From contig CP145410.1 in assembly GCA_036867785.1 (NCBI GenBank), positions 310,001-374,000 on the forward strand: a stretch of DNA of 64,000 nucleotides, written 5' to 3'. This document shows, piece by piece, positions 21,662 to 32,782 of this stretch; position 1 is the stretch's first letter; each line of letters begins with the position of its first letter. The notes under the pieces were generated by a model. That model was not told the origin of the DNA. It ran no database searches and worked only from the letters and a program-made list of their open reading frames with translations. The position numbers and the translations under genes are program-made. This stretch comes from Plasmodiophora brassicae (taxonomy: Eukaryota).

Positions 21662-23042
21662 CTATAATAAACGACGCATGAGCAACCTTGTTTGAACACG
21701 CATCGAGCCTACGGCGTACTTGTTGATGAGGTCGACAAGCGTAAACACCAGAGCGACATCGCCGCACACTCTGCCGAGTCGAGGTACAGTGCCCTGTTGC
21801 AGAGAATTACGCGGCGGAAAGCAATCGCAGAGGCCATGCGTGCAACCAACCTTGTAGAAACCAACAAAACCCTCTTCTCGCGCAATCGCCTTGACGCAGT
21901 CCCACGAGTTCTTGTACTTTGCAGAATCGAGCCCTTGCTGCGAAACGTTACGGTTTGTACGCAGAACGCGAGGGCTGACGACGAACCATTCTGCTCTTGA
22001 CAACGTCAATCGGCGTGTTGCCAAACACGCTAGCCGCGCCGGCCGCCGCCCCACACAGTGCCGTGGCAACTGACCTGCGACGCCGTCGACGTCAGTGTTT
22101 GGCAACGGCGTCGACCCGGATGTGAACCTGACCCGATGTCCTTCTTTGGGTCCCCTCCCTGAAGCAGGCCCTTCAGCTCACCGAACACGAAGAACCGAAT
22201 CATCTGGTTGCTGCCTTGCTTGAGGACAGTTGGGCCCAAGCCTTTGTAGCAGCCCTGGATCCCTTCCTGTTCGACGGGTAACGTTCGCTCGCACGCCCAG
22301 CTGGGACAACATGCAACTACCTACCTGCTGCATGACTTGGATGATGCCGCCCAGGCCAGGTTTATACTTCGGTACATCACGAGACAAGTCGTGGACCAGT
22401 TTGACCTTGGGAGCACATGTTACGACCAACGCTCGCAGGCACTGGTTGCCCCGGACCAGACCTTAATCGTTTCCTAGCAGCATATTCAGTTATAGCCCGT
22501 GATTAGGACCTCCGCGATTTGATCCGAACCATTGGTGTGACGATCAGGATAGCCTCAGCGACGCCGGCGCCCAGCCCTGCCAGGAGCGTGTTCGTGCGGG
22601 ACAGTTCGCCCTTGCTGTCCATCAGCGTGTTCCGAAGCAGATCGTACGTGCCGAATCGGACAGCGCTCTTCGGCACCGAGCCGTACAGCAGCGAACCCAT
22701 TCCTAAGACATTCGCCGACCGGTTCACGACCACATCTTCCCGGATGTCCCGCGAGCGAACCTCTGTACAGGCCCCGGAACCCATGCTGACCGATCGTCTG
22801 CTTCACGACGTCAAACGACCCTTTGTAACGGCGTTCGGCGCCGAGTTTGCTGTCCAGCTGCAGCAGCGTCTTGCAGAACTCGGTCGGGTACATGCAGACG
22901 ATCTGCACGCGCTCGCATCGCATCGGGCGCCCTCCGACGGGCGGAACGGGCGCGTTCGTACCTCAACGCCGCCGGCTATCCCGCCGGACACCAGCGACTT
23001 CACGGGATGGCGCTTGTCCTTGCCCGACGACGGCACCCCCAT
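21662..23042 (-). CDS. CTP1: Mitochondrial tricarboxylate/citrate carrier (SLC25A1/CTP1 family, multi-exon)
   Basis: Three Px[DE]xxK carrier repeats: [15 protein letters not shown] and NTPIDVVKS. Also [18 protein letters not shown] and GTVPRLGRV. The 3' end is approximate. Confidence 0.92.
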
Positions 23043-23321
23043 CGTGCCCGCCCACCAAATACCACGTCCACGCCCGGACTATATATTGTCGGCCGCCGCC
23101 GTACACGATCCCGCTGCCTGTCCCGAACGCGAGTCACCGCCGCTCGTCGCCTACCCGTCGTGCCGCTGACGTGCCCGGCCGCCCGCGAGTGAAGCGGCCA
23201 CCGGCCGTAACGAAAACGAACCTGGCGGCCGAGATCGCACCACGGCACAGGTCAAGGACGGCCTGCCATCCGAGCTCGCGGGTAGATGATGATGATGATG
23301 ATGCCGCCACTACCGGGTTCA

Positions 23322-24168
23322 TTAGGCGCTGGGCTGGATGCCGCATTTGAGGTTCGCGGGCACAGCGATGTCGATCTTCGCGGGGCGCGGCAGGTTCAGG
23401 TTGGCCATGATGGCGATGAATTCGGGCAGCGTCTTCGTCAGGCGCGGGTTGTACTGCTTCTCCTCGCCGATCGTCGACGCCGTAAACCCTTTGTAGTCGT
23501 GCGCCGGATAGACCAGCGTGTCGTCCGGCAACGTGAACAGCTTCTTGTGGACGGATTCGTACAGCCGGGTGCTGTCGCCTTCCTGGAAATCCGTCCGTCC
23601 GCACCCGCGAATCAGCAACGTGTCGCCGGTGAACACCGCCAAGGTCGCATCGGGTCCCCGCAGGACATATGAGATGCAGCCGTTCGTGTGGCCAGGTGTC
23701 GCTCGGCACTCCAACCAGAACCTGAACGGGACGGTAAGAGATGTGCCGATAGCAGGCGCATGAAGAGCGACACGTACTTCCCGAATTCAATCTTGTCATT
23801 GTCTCTAACCTTCACGTCGGAAGTGCATCCGCTGTCCGCGCTGATGACGCTCTTCGTGCCCGGGATCATCTGCTTCAGGACGCCGGTCCCGGTCACGTGG
23901 TCGGCATGGCAGTGCGTGTTGATGGCGTACTTCAAGTCGAACCCGAGCTGCCTGATCAGGTTCGCATCACGATCCGCACAGACGTCCACCGGGTCGATCA
24001 GGATCGCCGCCTTCGCCGCACGGTCCGCCAGCAGGTACGTGTACCTGGCCAAGCACGAACGTCAGCGGGATGCGCGTGCCTCTCTGGGGCGACGGCCTAC
24101 GTTGACGACTGCGCCTCAAACAGCTGCCGAAAGAACAGGCCCGGGATCGATGCTGACAACGACGCCAT
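23322..24168 (-). CDS. ETHE1: Persulfide dioxygenase (ETHE1, metallo-beta-lactamase fold)
   Basis: LFFRQLFE...[56 protein letters not shown] and AVPANLKCG. Confidence 0.95.
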
Positions 24169-24417
24169 CCGACGCGCGATCGACCTCTGGCCAGGGACGG
24201 GTGGACCGAAACTCTGTCACAGAAGGCCGCACTGCAATCCCATCGGCCTGCTGCTGAGGGCCCCCACCGGCGCCCTGTTGCACTCATTTTCGGCCCCCTA
24301 TGTAGTACAGTACTGGGGTTCACCAGTTTTCTGTAGACTGTAAAATGGGCCCCGTTGGCTGCCGGCTGTAGCGGACTGCAGCAGCGGCGGCGGTGCGTGC
24401 GACCACTGCGCGTGGCG

Positions 24418-24880
24418 ATGGCCATGGACGGCCGCCTGGACGTGCTGAACGAATCCTGCGACCTGCTGATCAGCGAGATGGCGCGCCTCGTGGCGTCGCT
24501 GTCGACGACGCCGCTGCCGGCGGCCATGTCGGATATCGCCGATGTGGCCATCGCGAACAACGCGCAGCGCGCGCAGGTTACCGCCCATGCGCAGCGTACG
24601 CCCGTCGGTCGTCCTGCACACCGCTGCCCCTCAATTGTCCACAGGCATGGCGCTGGCCGCGCAGTCGATATCGTCGATCGTCTCCGAGGTGAAGGTCGCC
24701 CACGCGCTGTACGATTCGGAAGCGCGTCGCAGGAACATGCTGTCTGTGGTCGCAGCCGCCAACGAGCAAACCTCGCTGGCGTACGACCAGATCGACCGGC
24801 TGCGCAGCGACATCAGCCGCGCCATCGACGACATCCACCGGCACCTGGAGACGAGCGCCTGCCCGCCCGCCCATCGATAA
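24418..24880 (+). CDS. MED22: Mediator subunit Med22-like (2 exons)
   Basis: RAQ/GMALAAQSISSIVSEVKVAHALYD...IDRLRSDISRAIDDIHRHLETS parallels the Med22 pattern RA..MV.A.ESL..LVS.LK....L.D. Confidence 0.6.
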
Positions 24881-24896
24881 AACGATCTGAACGAGT

Positions 24897-26222
24897 TTAT
24901 ACCATGTTTTGTAGGGCTTCGACGGCGGCCGCTTCGGATTCGGGATCCGTCTGCGCCAGCTTGGCCAGCGTCGACAGCTTGTACGTCTGGTCGTCGTCGG
25001 CGTGGCGCTGCTTGACGTTGCCGACAAAGTTCTTGCAGAACTTCTGCCCGCCCCGCCCGGGACAGTCCTGCAGGCCGCAGACGACCAGCTGCCCGTCGAT
25101 CATCTGCCTGTTCTGGCAACGTCGGGGCCGCCGTTTCCTCTTCCGGTCGGGCGTGCTCGGCGCGGAATCGCCCGCCCGCGTCGCCTTGTCCGCCGGCGAC
25201 GACACGATCGCCGGCTGTGGCCTGGCTTCGGCGCCGCCGCTCGCGGCGCTGACAACGGCGACCTCGACCTGGTCGTCGACCTTGATCGCCGTCGTGGCGA
25301 CCGGCGCCTGGCCGGTCGTCATTCGCAGCTGGATCGCCTGGCAGGTCGTGCACCGGTTGAACCCGGCGCATTCGGCACTGCCACAGACGGATTCGAACCC
25401 GTTCGGGAGCAGGGCCTGGGCGGCGGGCACCGCTTCCGTCGCCGTCACGACGAGCGCGTCCGCGCTGGTGCCCGCCTTGCCGGTGACGAACTGGGCCAGG
25501 AAGTGCAACGGGGGGACGAACCCGGCGTACCCGGCCTGGTCCTCGAACTTGGAGAAGAACCTGGGCGGTGCGGCGCCGGTGCCGTCGCCGTGATCGGTAC
25601 GCTGGATGGCCTGGGCGGCGCCGGCTTCGAACGCCGACTTGCGCTGGACGTACCGGGACATGTGCATGTCCAGCAGGACGTTGCGGATCTGGTCCAGGGT
25701 CTGGTTGGCCCGTGCGGCGGCCTGGATGAAGCCGACCGCGCGTCTGGACAGGCCGCCGACCTTGCCCTGGACCATGATGGCGGGGAAGGCCGCCTGCAGG
25801 TCCGTTGGGAGGCTCTTCAGGTACGACGGGTCGCAGGTGGTGAACATGCCCGCGTCGATCCGGTCGGGAAGCGCCCTGGCGCAGCACAGGCATTTGAATT
25901 CGCGCGCCAATATGAACATAGACGTGTCGATGTCGATGATACGACGCGAGGACCAGCCTATGGATTCCAGGTCGCCCGTGCTGCCACAGGTCGGGCAGGC
26001 GATTGTCAGGTCCGGGCATAGCTGGTCGGGCAGCCAGACGAACACGTTCGGGTGGTAGAATGCATCGGGGTTGATGCTACCAGAGGGCATCGCCGGTAGC
26101 ACTTGTGGCAGGACCCAGCATTTGCCACGATCGAGTGTCCCGGCAGCGATGCGCCCGTCGACGGCTTCCGCGATCTGCCGCAGAAGCTGGCCGACGACGC
26201 CGGTCGGCGCCCAGGCGTCCAT
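24897..26222 (-). CDS. Intronless Cys-rich protein with a DUF6729-like domain
   Basis: PDAFYHPNVFVWLP...CPTC...GW..RRIIDID...LAREFKC..C...DP..L..LP..LQAAFPA, plus C-terminal RRC...CG..DCPGRGG...C. Confidence 0.7.
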   Translation of the reverse strand: MDAWAPTGVVGQLLRQIAEAVDGRIAAGTLDRGKCWVLPQVLPAMPSGSINPDAFYHPNVFVWLPDQLCPDLTIACPTCGSTGDLESIGWSSRRIIDIDTSMFILAREFKCLCCARALPDRIDAGMFTTCDPSYLKSLPTDLQAAFPAIMVQGKVGGLSRRAVGFIQAAARANQTLDQIRNVLLDMHMSRYVQRKSAFEAGAAQAIQRTDHGDGTGAAPPRFFSKFEDQAGYAGFVPPLHFLAQFVTGKAGTSADALVVTATEAVPAAQALLPNGFESVCGSAECAGFNRCTTCQAIQLRMTTGQAPVATTAIKVDDQVEVAVVSAASGGAEARPQPAIVSSPADKATRAGDSAPSTPDRKRKRRPRRCQNRQMIDGQLVVCGLQDCPGRGGQKFCKNFVGNVKQRHADDDQTYKLSTLAKLAQTDPESEAAAVEALQNMV

Positions 26223-26860
26223 GGGGACAGAATAACAAACGAACACTGCACGCGCGGACGACTTTACGGTCGCAGGGCCGCGCGCTGGATAATAACAATT
26301 TCGAGAGGGGACGATGGGCCAGCCCGATCAGGTGATGATATAGCGACTGGCGTCCACAGAACCGCTGACGGCCACCACCCGCGCACACACACACACAGGG
26401 CGCAACGTTGAGTCACAGCGGGCACTCGGTCGGCGATGTCAGTGTGACGTCATGCACCAGGGCGGGATATCCTCGTACGTCCCGGAAGATACTGAACTTG
26501 TCGCGGCTGCAATTTTTGTCACTGGCACCTACCACGCCTGGACTTGATGTTCAACCCCGTTTTCCGCGCGGCCTCCGATCCTCCAAAATGTCCGTCGTCC
26601 GCGACCGGACGTCGGCTGCTGGGAGTCCGCGCGTGGCCGCGCGCGCGCGCGCGCAGCGCGGCCTTTCCCCGGCGTGAAAATCGCCGACGCTGGCGGCGTC
26701 TGATTGATTCGCACCAGAGTGGCTGGCTCCACCGTATTTTCCATTTCTGGGGCAACGGGGGTGTCGGTTTTAATAAGTATTTACGCCCTGTGGTAGAAGC
26801 ACTTCCCACGTTCGTTCCGTCGACTGGGACGGTTCTTCTTCAGTGGGTTGTAAACGGTCG

Positions 26861-28131
26861 ATGACCGGGGTGGAGGTGGAGGACCCGGTTGGGGTCGGGA
26901 TCGATGGGGGCGGCAGCTATACGAAGGTCGTGATCGTGTCGATGGCCACCGGGGAGTTTCTGTCGGGGCCAGACGCGATCGTGACCGGGCCGGCGAACTG
27001 GAACTCGGTGGGCGCCGAGGCGGCCCAGCGCGCGATTCGCGAAGCGCTAACGGGTGCGCTGAAAGTTGCCGGCCGACCTGCGCGCGATGTCGTGGCGATA
27101 GCCGCCTGCATCAGCGGGTTGCACACTGATGCCGATGCGTCCATGGTGATCTCGTGGCTGCAACCAGACTTCCCGAACGCGCTCGTTGAGGTCTGCCGAC
27201 GTGGCGTCTATACGCGCGGTCTCCCGGTTTCCGGGCCTCTGAATTGTTCCTAACTAGGCGTTCAACGACGTTGTCGCCGCCGTTGTATCGGGCACCAACG
27301 GGGTCCTTGTAGGTTGACGGGTTTCTCGTTGTTGCCATCCGGCTGACGCCTCGTAAACAGAACGGTTTCGCTGTCATCGCCGGCACGGGTTCCAACTGGT
27401 GATGTTGCCCAATGCAACAATGCCTGGATAACATTGGGCTGACGTCGCGCGTTTAGTATGGCCGTTGAGGGCGCACATCAGGAGTTCGCGGGTGGCTGGG
27501 GGCCACTGCTCGGTTCAGGAGGTTCCGGGCACAGTATATCGTCAGCAGCACTGGCGGCCTGCTGCAGGGCTATTGATGGGCGTGGGCCATCGACCATCCT
27601 TGTCGAACAGGCACTGGCTTTCCGTGTGTCCTTGCGGTGATTGGCAACTGACGAATGGAACAGATGGAGAAGGCGCTAGGCTGGGATGCAGGATCGTTTA
27701 GTTCCGTCATCCTTGGCTGGATGTACGACAATGGAGGGAGGCGAACCTGGGCGGAAGTCGTATGGCAGACAGTTTCGAAGGCGTTCTGTTATTCCGTGGC
27801 TGATCACATTTGTCAGGCGTCTCTTGCTCCCGTTGTATTCAATGCTGAGGCCGCAGGGGACCCGGTGGCGGTCTCGATCATCAAAGACGCTGCCGCGGAG
27901 CAAGCTCTAGCGGTGGAAACGGTCGCGAGAAAAATGGGCTGGACGGACGACGATTGCCCACCGAGACCACTTGTCCTCGTCGGCTCGCTCTGGAAGCAAC
28001 CATCTATGCTACATTCGTTTGTCGACGAGTTGAATCTGCGGAAGGTCCCGCACCGGATTGTTCTTCCCGACATTTCAGCCGCCCAAGGCGCCGCACTGCT
28101 CGCCAGGAGGTCGTACCTGGCTCGAGAATGA
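26861..28131 (+). CDS. NAGK: N-acetylglucosamine kinase (BadF/BcrAD ASKHA family, multi-exon)
   Basis: GIDGGGSYT, GPANWNSVG, NDVVAA..SGT, VIAGTGS, AGGWGPLLG..GSG, AGDPVA..I and LVLVGS. Confidence 0.88.
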
Positions 28132-28421
28132 TGTGCACATCCACTGTCATACAATGGTCATCAGTATTTATTCCGCGAACCGATACCGAAACCAGGCGGC
28201 CGATCAGCGAGATGGCATCGCGTATCATAAGCTCGTGGCACTGCGTCCACTACAGACGATTCCCGGGCAACCTTCGCTGAAACCAGCGACAATGTCTCGC
28301 TTCACCACGATATCGTCAGATACAATGTGGTTGATTGTATAATTGCAGCACAAGATCGCCTTGCCACGCGAGACAGCGCTTGCGATCTAGACATGCTTGA
28401 AGCCAGTACGGTACATAATAT

Positions 28422-31283
28422 TTATGCAAGTGTGCCTAATAGTCGATATGCCTCGTTGATGTAGTCGGTTTCCTCCACCTTCGATACGATGAGATTCATC
28501 CTCGGCAGGACGCTCGTGATAAATTTGTTCTTGCCGATTGTGATCTCAGAGCTGTGAGGAGTATCCGCGATCGGTGCCTCGTTCGGCCATCGCTGAGGAA
28601 CCCGTCCATAGAAGACAAATTGCCGGGTCGTCTGAGAAACCCATCGCAAGACGGTTCGAGCCAGGTCATGGACCGGGGCGGGCATACTTTCACTCGGTCG
28701 GTTTGGAACGAGATCAACGTCCCCGGCAGATCGCAGTTGCGCGTATAATTGCCCAGAAAGAGGTGGCAATACCAACCTGGCATTGTCGCCATCTAACGAT
28801 ACGTTTGCTTGGGACGTGCCATCGTCGACGACAGCAGAGACACGTAGATCGATGGACGAATCACCTGAGAACCGCATACGAATACGGGTAATGCTTGTGA
28901 CAAAACAAATGGTCCTCTGCGTCGTTGCTGGCGCGAATGGATCCCGTAGCATTCGCAACGTAACGGTCGGTAATTGTGGGGCCGTCTCCAAACCATCGCT
29001 TCCATCAAATTCGGCTTCGATAAACATCGCAGTCTCTGGAGTGCCATGGAGATAGACGTTGCCGATAACAGATAGGTGGCGTTCAATACGCATCAAGGTG
29101 ACGATCGCTCCAGGCTTCAGCTGAACTGGCGGGCGCTTGAGGGAGATTTCAACATAGGCTTCAACCGTTTCCGCAGAGCGATAGTCAACCAAACCGAGGA
29201 CGATCGTGGCGGTCCGTTCTGTACTGTCGTGCTCGCGAAGTTCCATTTGCGACACATGCGCCCGAACGGATACAATGGCGCCCTTTTCAAAAGGACGGCC
29301 GACGATTGTGCTGACATCGCAGATATCGCGGTCGGAACCATCCACCTCAACAACGTCGCCGTCGTTGTCAACCACAAACCCAGACTCGGACGCTATGACA
29401 TCAATGAAGTCATACACGCGCCCAGGGCGGACGACAGTTTCCACAGCAGCAGCAGCCAAACCTTGACAGCGAACGCAAACAGGGTCCACGGCGCTCGATT
29501 GTACAATCTGGGCCAGTATGCTGAAAGAGTGGTCGCCAACGGATTCAGTCCTCGTCAGCACGCGCCCGCGAAACGTGGACCGATTCGCAGGCCGCTCCTG
29601 TCGTGGACGGTTGAACATTAACGACGAACTCAACCGAAATGTTACGTATCGTCCCGCGAGCTCGCTCTCTGCAACCTGAAAGTCCACAGAGCAGAGTGGA
29701 ACATTCATGGCCTTGACGACGAGATCGGGGACGTGGCATTGAATAGCGCGACGCGATCGGCCATCTTCAGAAACGATCAGCGCCCCACAAGTTGGGTCAA
29801 CGGTCAGCCTTCCAGCAAGAATCGATGATCCAGGACGCAGATCGTCAAGGGCCGATACGACACGATGCCGTCTACAGCGCGCAACACTGAGAGGCGCAAC
29901 CAGGTTGCATTTCCAGTGCTCGAAGAACTCGTCGACTTCGTTGCGACGGAAATCTTCACGGGCCGATTGCCCTAAAACCAGATCCAGGCATGCAGCCAGC
30001 AGTCTGGCACTGCGAACGCGTTGACGGAACCGCTCTTTGAGAGAGATCAGAGCGCGGCTGACGGCTACAGCATCAACAAGGTCGAGACGGTCCAACTCGG
30101 GGCTGACTCTGAATCGTGGTTCCGCTTTCATCGTCGCGCTAAGCTTGACGATTTCGATAGACCCATAGGTGCACAGACCGACAACCGCTCTCGAGGCATC
30201 ATCGCTTGGAATGACGTGAGCATTGAAGATGTCGACTAAGGCCCCGACCCGAATGCCAATCCCGCTGCGCAGGCATGGAGGCGTCGCATGTGTCAAATAC
30301 ACAACAACCTTGCCCTCGTCGATCTCGTACACGCCGTCCATAACATGACCAGTTACGAGGCCACGATAGCGAGGTACCATGGCCATCTGCCGGCACAGCA
30401 ACGTCCTAACCGGGACGTCAGGAATACATCCAGCGCCATCAACGCATCCGATAAGACGTGACGTGGGCTTGGCGAGGAAGACGACCCGGTTTCGATCTGG
30501 ACTGTCACCGGTCCTCATGGACTTGATGGCAACGTCCGTCAGGGTGTATCGAGCAGACATACGAACGAACGGCCGCCATGTGAGGTGCTCGCCGGTGAAG
30601 GCAATGTACGCAGCCACCGGAGTCAGCGAGTCGACAGCACAAGTCGCTTCAACGAAGAACATGGGGGCGTGTCGGAACACGAGGCTGACCGCAGCGACCG
30701 CGAATGAGATAGCGGTGAACGCCTTCTGCCTCCGCTGTTCGTACCTTCTCAGACAGTCAGCGAAGGCAACAGGTGACGGGGCCGCCTCACAGGAATCATG
30801 ATGGCATGGCAGGCGAACAATGGACCCAGAATCGATTTCAAGCCCGGCGTACGTTTCGCCTTGCATGATGAGCGCCCAGCATCTGACGATAATCCATTCG
30901 TTGTGGAGCGGCGGCCGCGCCATTGTCGATGACGACAACGCGCATGGGATTTCGCCGCTATGGTCAGCAAGCACGGGCGAGCAGGTCGTCCGATCGTGCC
31001 CCAGGCGGGCAATCAGAACTGTGTCCCCGGCCGATCGGAACGGCGTCGCGCGTCGCTGCAGGTCGCGTATCGACGCGACCGCGCTCGATCCCAGTGCGAT
31101 GCCCAGCCGGTCAATGCACTGCCGGCACGAACAGCCGGCGGCGCGCGACTCGATCGCCTCCTGCAGGCGACGGCCCCGCGCTCCATCCCCGGTCATATCA
31201 TCGCGGATCCCGCACCGCCAAACAATAGACCCGCCACCCAACCACCAACTACCCAAATGACGGGGCAGCGCTGCACGACGCAC
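28422..31283 (-). CDS. CTC1: CST complex subunit CTC1-like (multiple OB folds), intronless
   Basis: YRGLVTG...GVYEID..VVVYLTH......IRVGALVDIFNAH, L.DHSGEIPC, PGAIVT..RIER and VDDGTSQANV resemble CTC1 OB-fold motifs. The start may be about 31199. Confidence 0.75.
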   Translation of the reverse strand: MRRAALPRHLGSWWLGGGSIVWRCGIRDDMTGDGARGRRLQEAIESRAAGCSCRQCIDRLGIALGSSAVASIRDLQRRATPFRSAGDTVLIARLGHDRTTCSPVLADHSGEIPCALSSSTMARPPLHNEWIIVRCWALIMQGETYAGLEIDSGSIVRLPCHHDSCEAAPSPVAFADCLRRYEQRRQKAFTAISFAVAAVSLVFRHAPMFFVEATCAVDSLTPVAAYIAFTGEHLTWRPFVRMSARYTLTDVAIKSMRTGDSPDRNRVVFLAKPTSRLIGCVDGAGCIPDVPVRTLLCRQMAMVPRYRGLVTGHVMDGVYEIDEGKVVVYLTHATPPCLRSGIGIRVGALVDIFNAHVIPSDDASRAVVGLCTYGSIEIVKLSATMKAEPRFRVSPELDRLDLVDAVAVSRALISLKERFRQRVRSARLLAACLDLVLGQSAREDFRRNEVDEFFEHWKCNLVAPLSVARCRRHRVVSALDDLRPGSSILAGRLTVDPTCGALIVSEDGRSRRAIQCHVPDLVVKAMNVPLCSVDFQVAESELAGRYVTFRLSSSLMFNRPRQERPANRSTFRGRVLTRTESVGDHSFSILAQIVQSSAVDPVCVRCQGLAAAAVETVVRPGRVYDFIDVIASESGFVVDNDGDVVEVDGSDRDICDVSTIVGRPFEKGAIVSVRAHVSQMELREHDSTERTATIVLGLVDYRSAETVEAYVEISLKRPPVQLKPGAIVTLMRIERHLSVIGNVYLHGTPETAMFIEAEFDGSDGLETAPQLPTVTLRMLRDPFAPATTQRTICFVTSITRIRMRFSGDSSIDLRVSAVVDDGTSQANVSLDGDNARLVLPPLSGQLYAQLRSAGDVDLVPNRPSESMPAPVHDLARTVLRWVSQTTRQFVFYGRVPQRWPNEAPIADTPHSSEITIGKNKFITSVLPRMNLIVSKVEETDYINEAYRLLGTLA

Positions 31284-31411
31284 ATCATGGGAGGGGCTGC
31301 GCGCCCCGTTGGCGTTCTTTCGGCGATCACCACTGTGGCCTGAACGTCAACGTTTGTCCGGCAGGTTCAATAAGGTTATGCAAACGAGAGATGTGTATCG
31401 TCATTGGTGGT

Positions 31412-32526
31412 TCACTGAGGCAGTTCTGGGTCGACGTGAACGCTGGCGAGCTTGTCAATTGCCAGGTCGCAGGTCGCGCCCGTTCCGTCGCATTCCGGGT
31501 CGTTCTTGAAGTTATGGGTGGCGCTCTCCGAGCACATTCGTGCGAACTGGGAGTACGACAGCGTGTGGATCTCGGTTGCCGCTCGAGGGTTGTAGTGCTC
31601 GACGATTCGGTCGACGATATCCGTTCTGCGGTAGGCAACGTGTCAGGCACGCCTATCGGCTACATGCGCAATTCGACCTGACCTGGCCACGTCCACGCCT
31701 GTTCGCTTGCAGAAGTCCAGCAGCTCTTCGGACGTGACCAGATGAGCGTACGTGTGCGACAGGGAGAAGAACAGGTCCTTGATCGTGCCGCCATGCGCGC
31801 TTGCGGCCACACATTTCCCGATATGCTCCAAGAGTAATAGTTCTTCGCCCCGAAGTCGAGGCCGCGGCGTATGAACGACCTTATCCTCCTCGTCGATGGC
31901 GTATTGCAACGCGGCCTATCCGGCTGGGGGGTCAACGCCCTGAGACATTCGTTCGCAAACGGGCTAACCTGGATAAACGGAACAAACTCAAAGTAATGCA
32001 GGTACGAGTGCCGCTGATGGGCGAACGCCGCCATGATCTGGCGCACCTGCGATTGCAGAACATCGACATGCATATGGCTTCGCAGCCCTTCCCGCAGGTC
32101 CTGCGAACTGATGATCCTACAGCGCGCTAGAAACGTCACCATGACGTCGCAGCACGTTGGACGTCAGCAACAGACCCGTCATGATCGACGTCTAGCATCT
32201 TGAAGATGTCTTTGAGCCTGACATGCGCCGAACCGACGGTCGCGAACACGCCGCGCCCGACCAGTTCGAGAGCATGAGCCAGGTTGTCCCGGGAAGGGAA
32301 ACCATCGGCCAGCGATACCGCTTCCCGATTCATATCGACCGCATTCTTCTCCAGGACCCCTTTCAACGCAATCCCTACCTGATCCAGCATCCGCTCGCGA
32401 GCGACGTCGCCCACATCGCTCGCACGCAAATGGAACAGGAAATTGCTAAACAGCTACGAGACCCTGTCACGAGTCACGAATACGCTACCGATCGTGCCGT
32501 ACCTCGAGGAACTGTTCGTCGCTCAT
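31412..32526 (-). CDS. EF-hand domain protein (multi-exon)
   Basis: LKDIFKMLDVDHDG/IISSQDLREGL is a canonical EF-hand loop. Further degenerate hands: LHYFEF, LVTSEELLDF and LSYSQF. Confidence 0.7.
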
Positions 32527-32782
32527 TTCGGGACGACCGCCGCTGCCGCCGGTTGTAGAAAATCCGTGGCCTACCTATGTACCTACCCTTGCAAGCAAGC
32601 GTTGGGGAATGTGAAGTGTGAACATGATCACAGGTCGGGGCGGCAAAGACAGGTCGTACGATACAGCGCGACTGCACCCACCTCCGCATCGAATGTTCCC
32701 CGTTCGTAGACGGAAGACTGTTTCTTTACTAGGTGAAGCATCCGTAGTCGTCGTCCTGCAGCCTGCCGTTTCCGTAGAGTGA

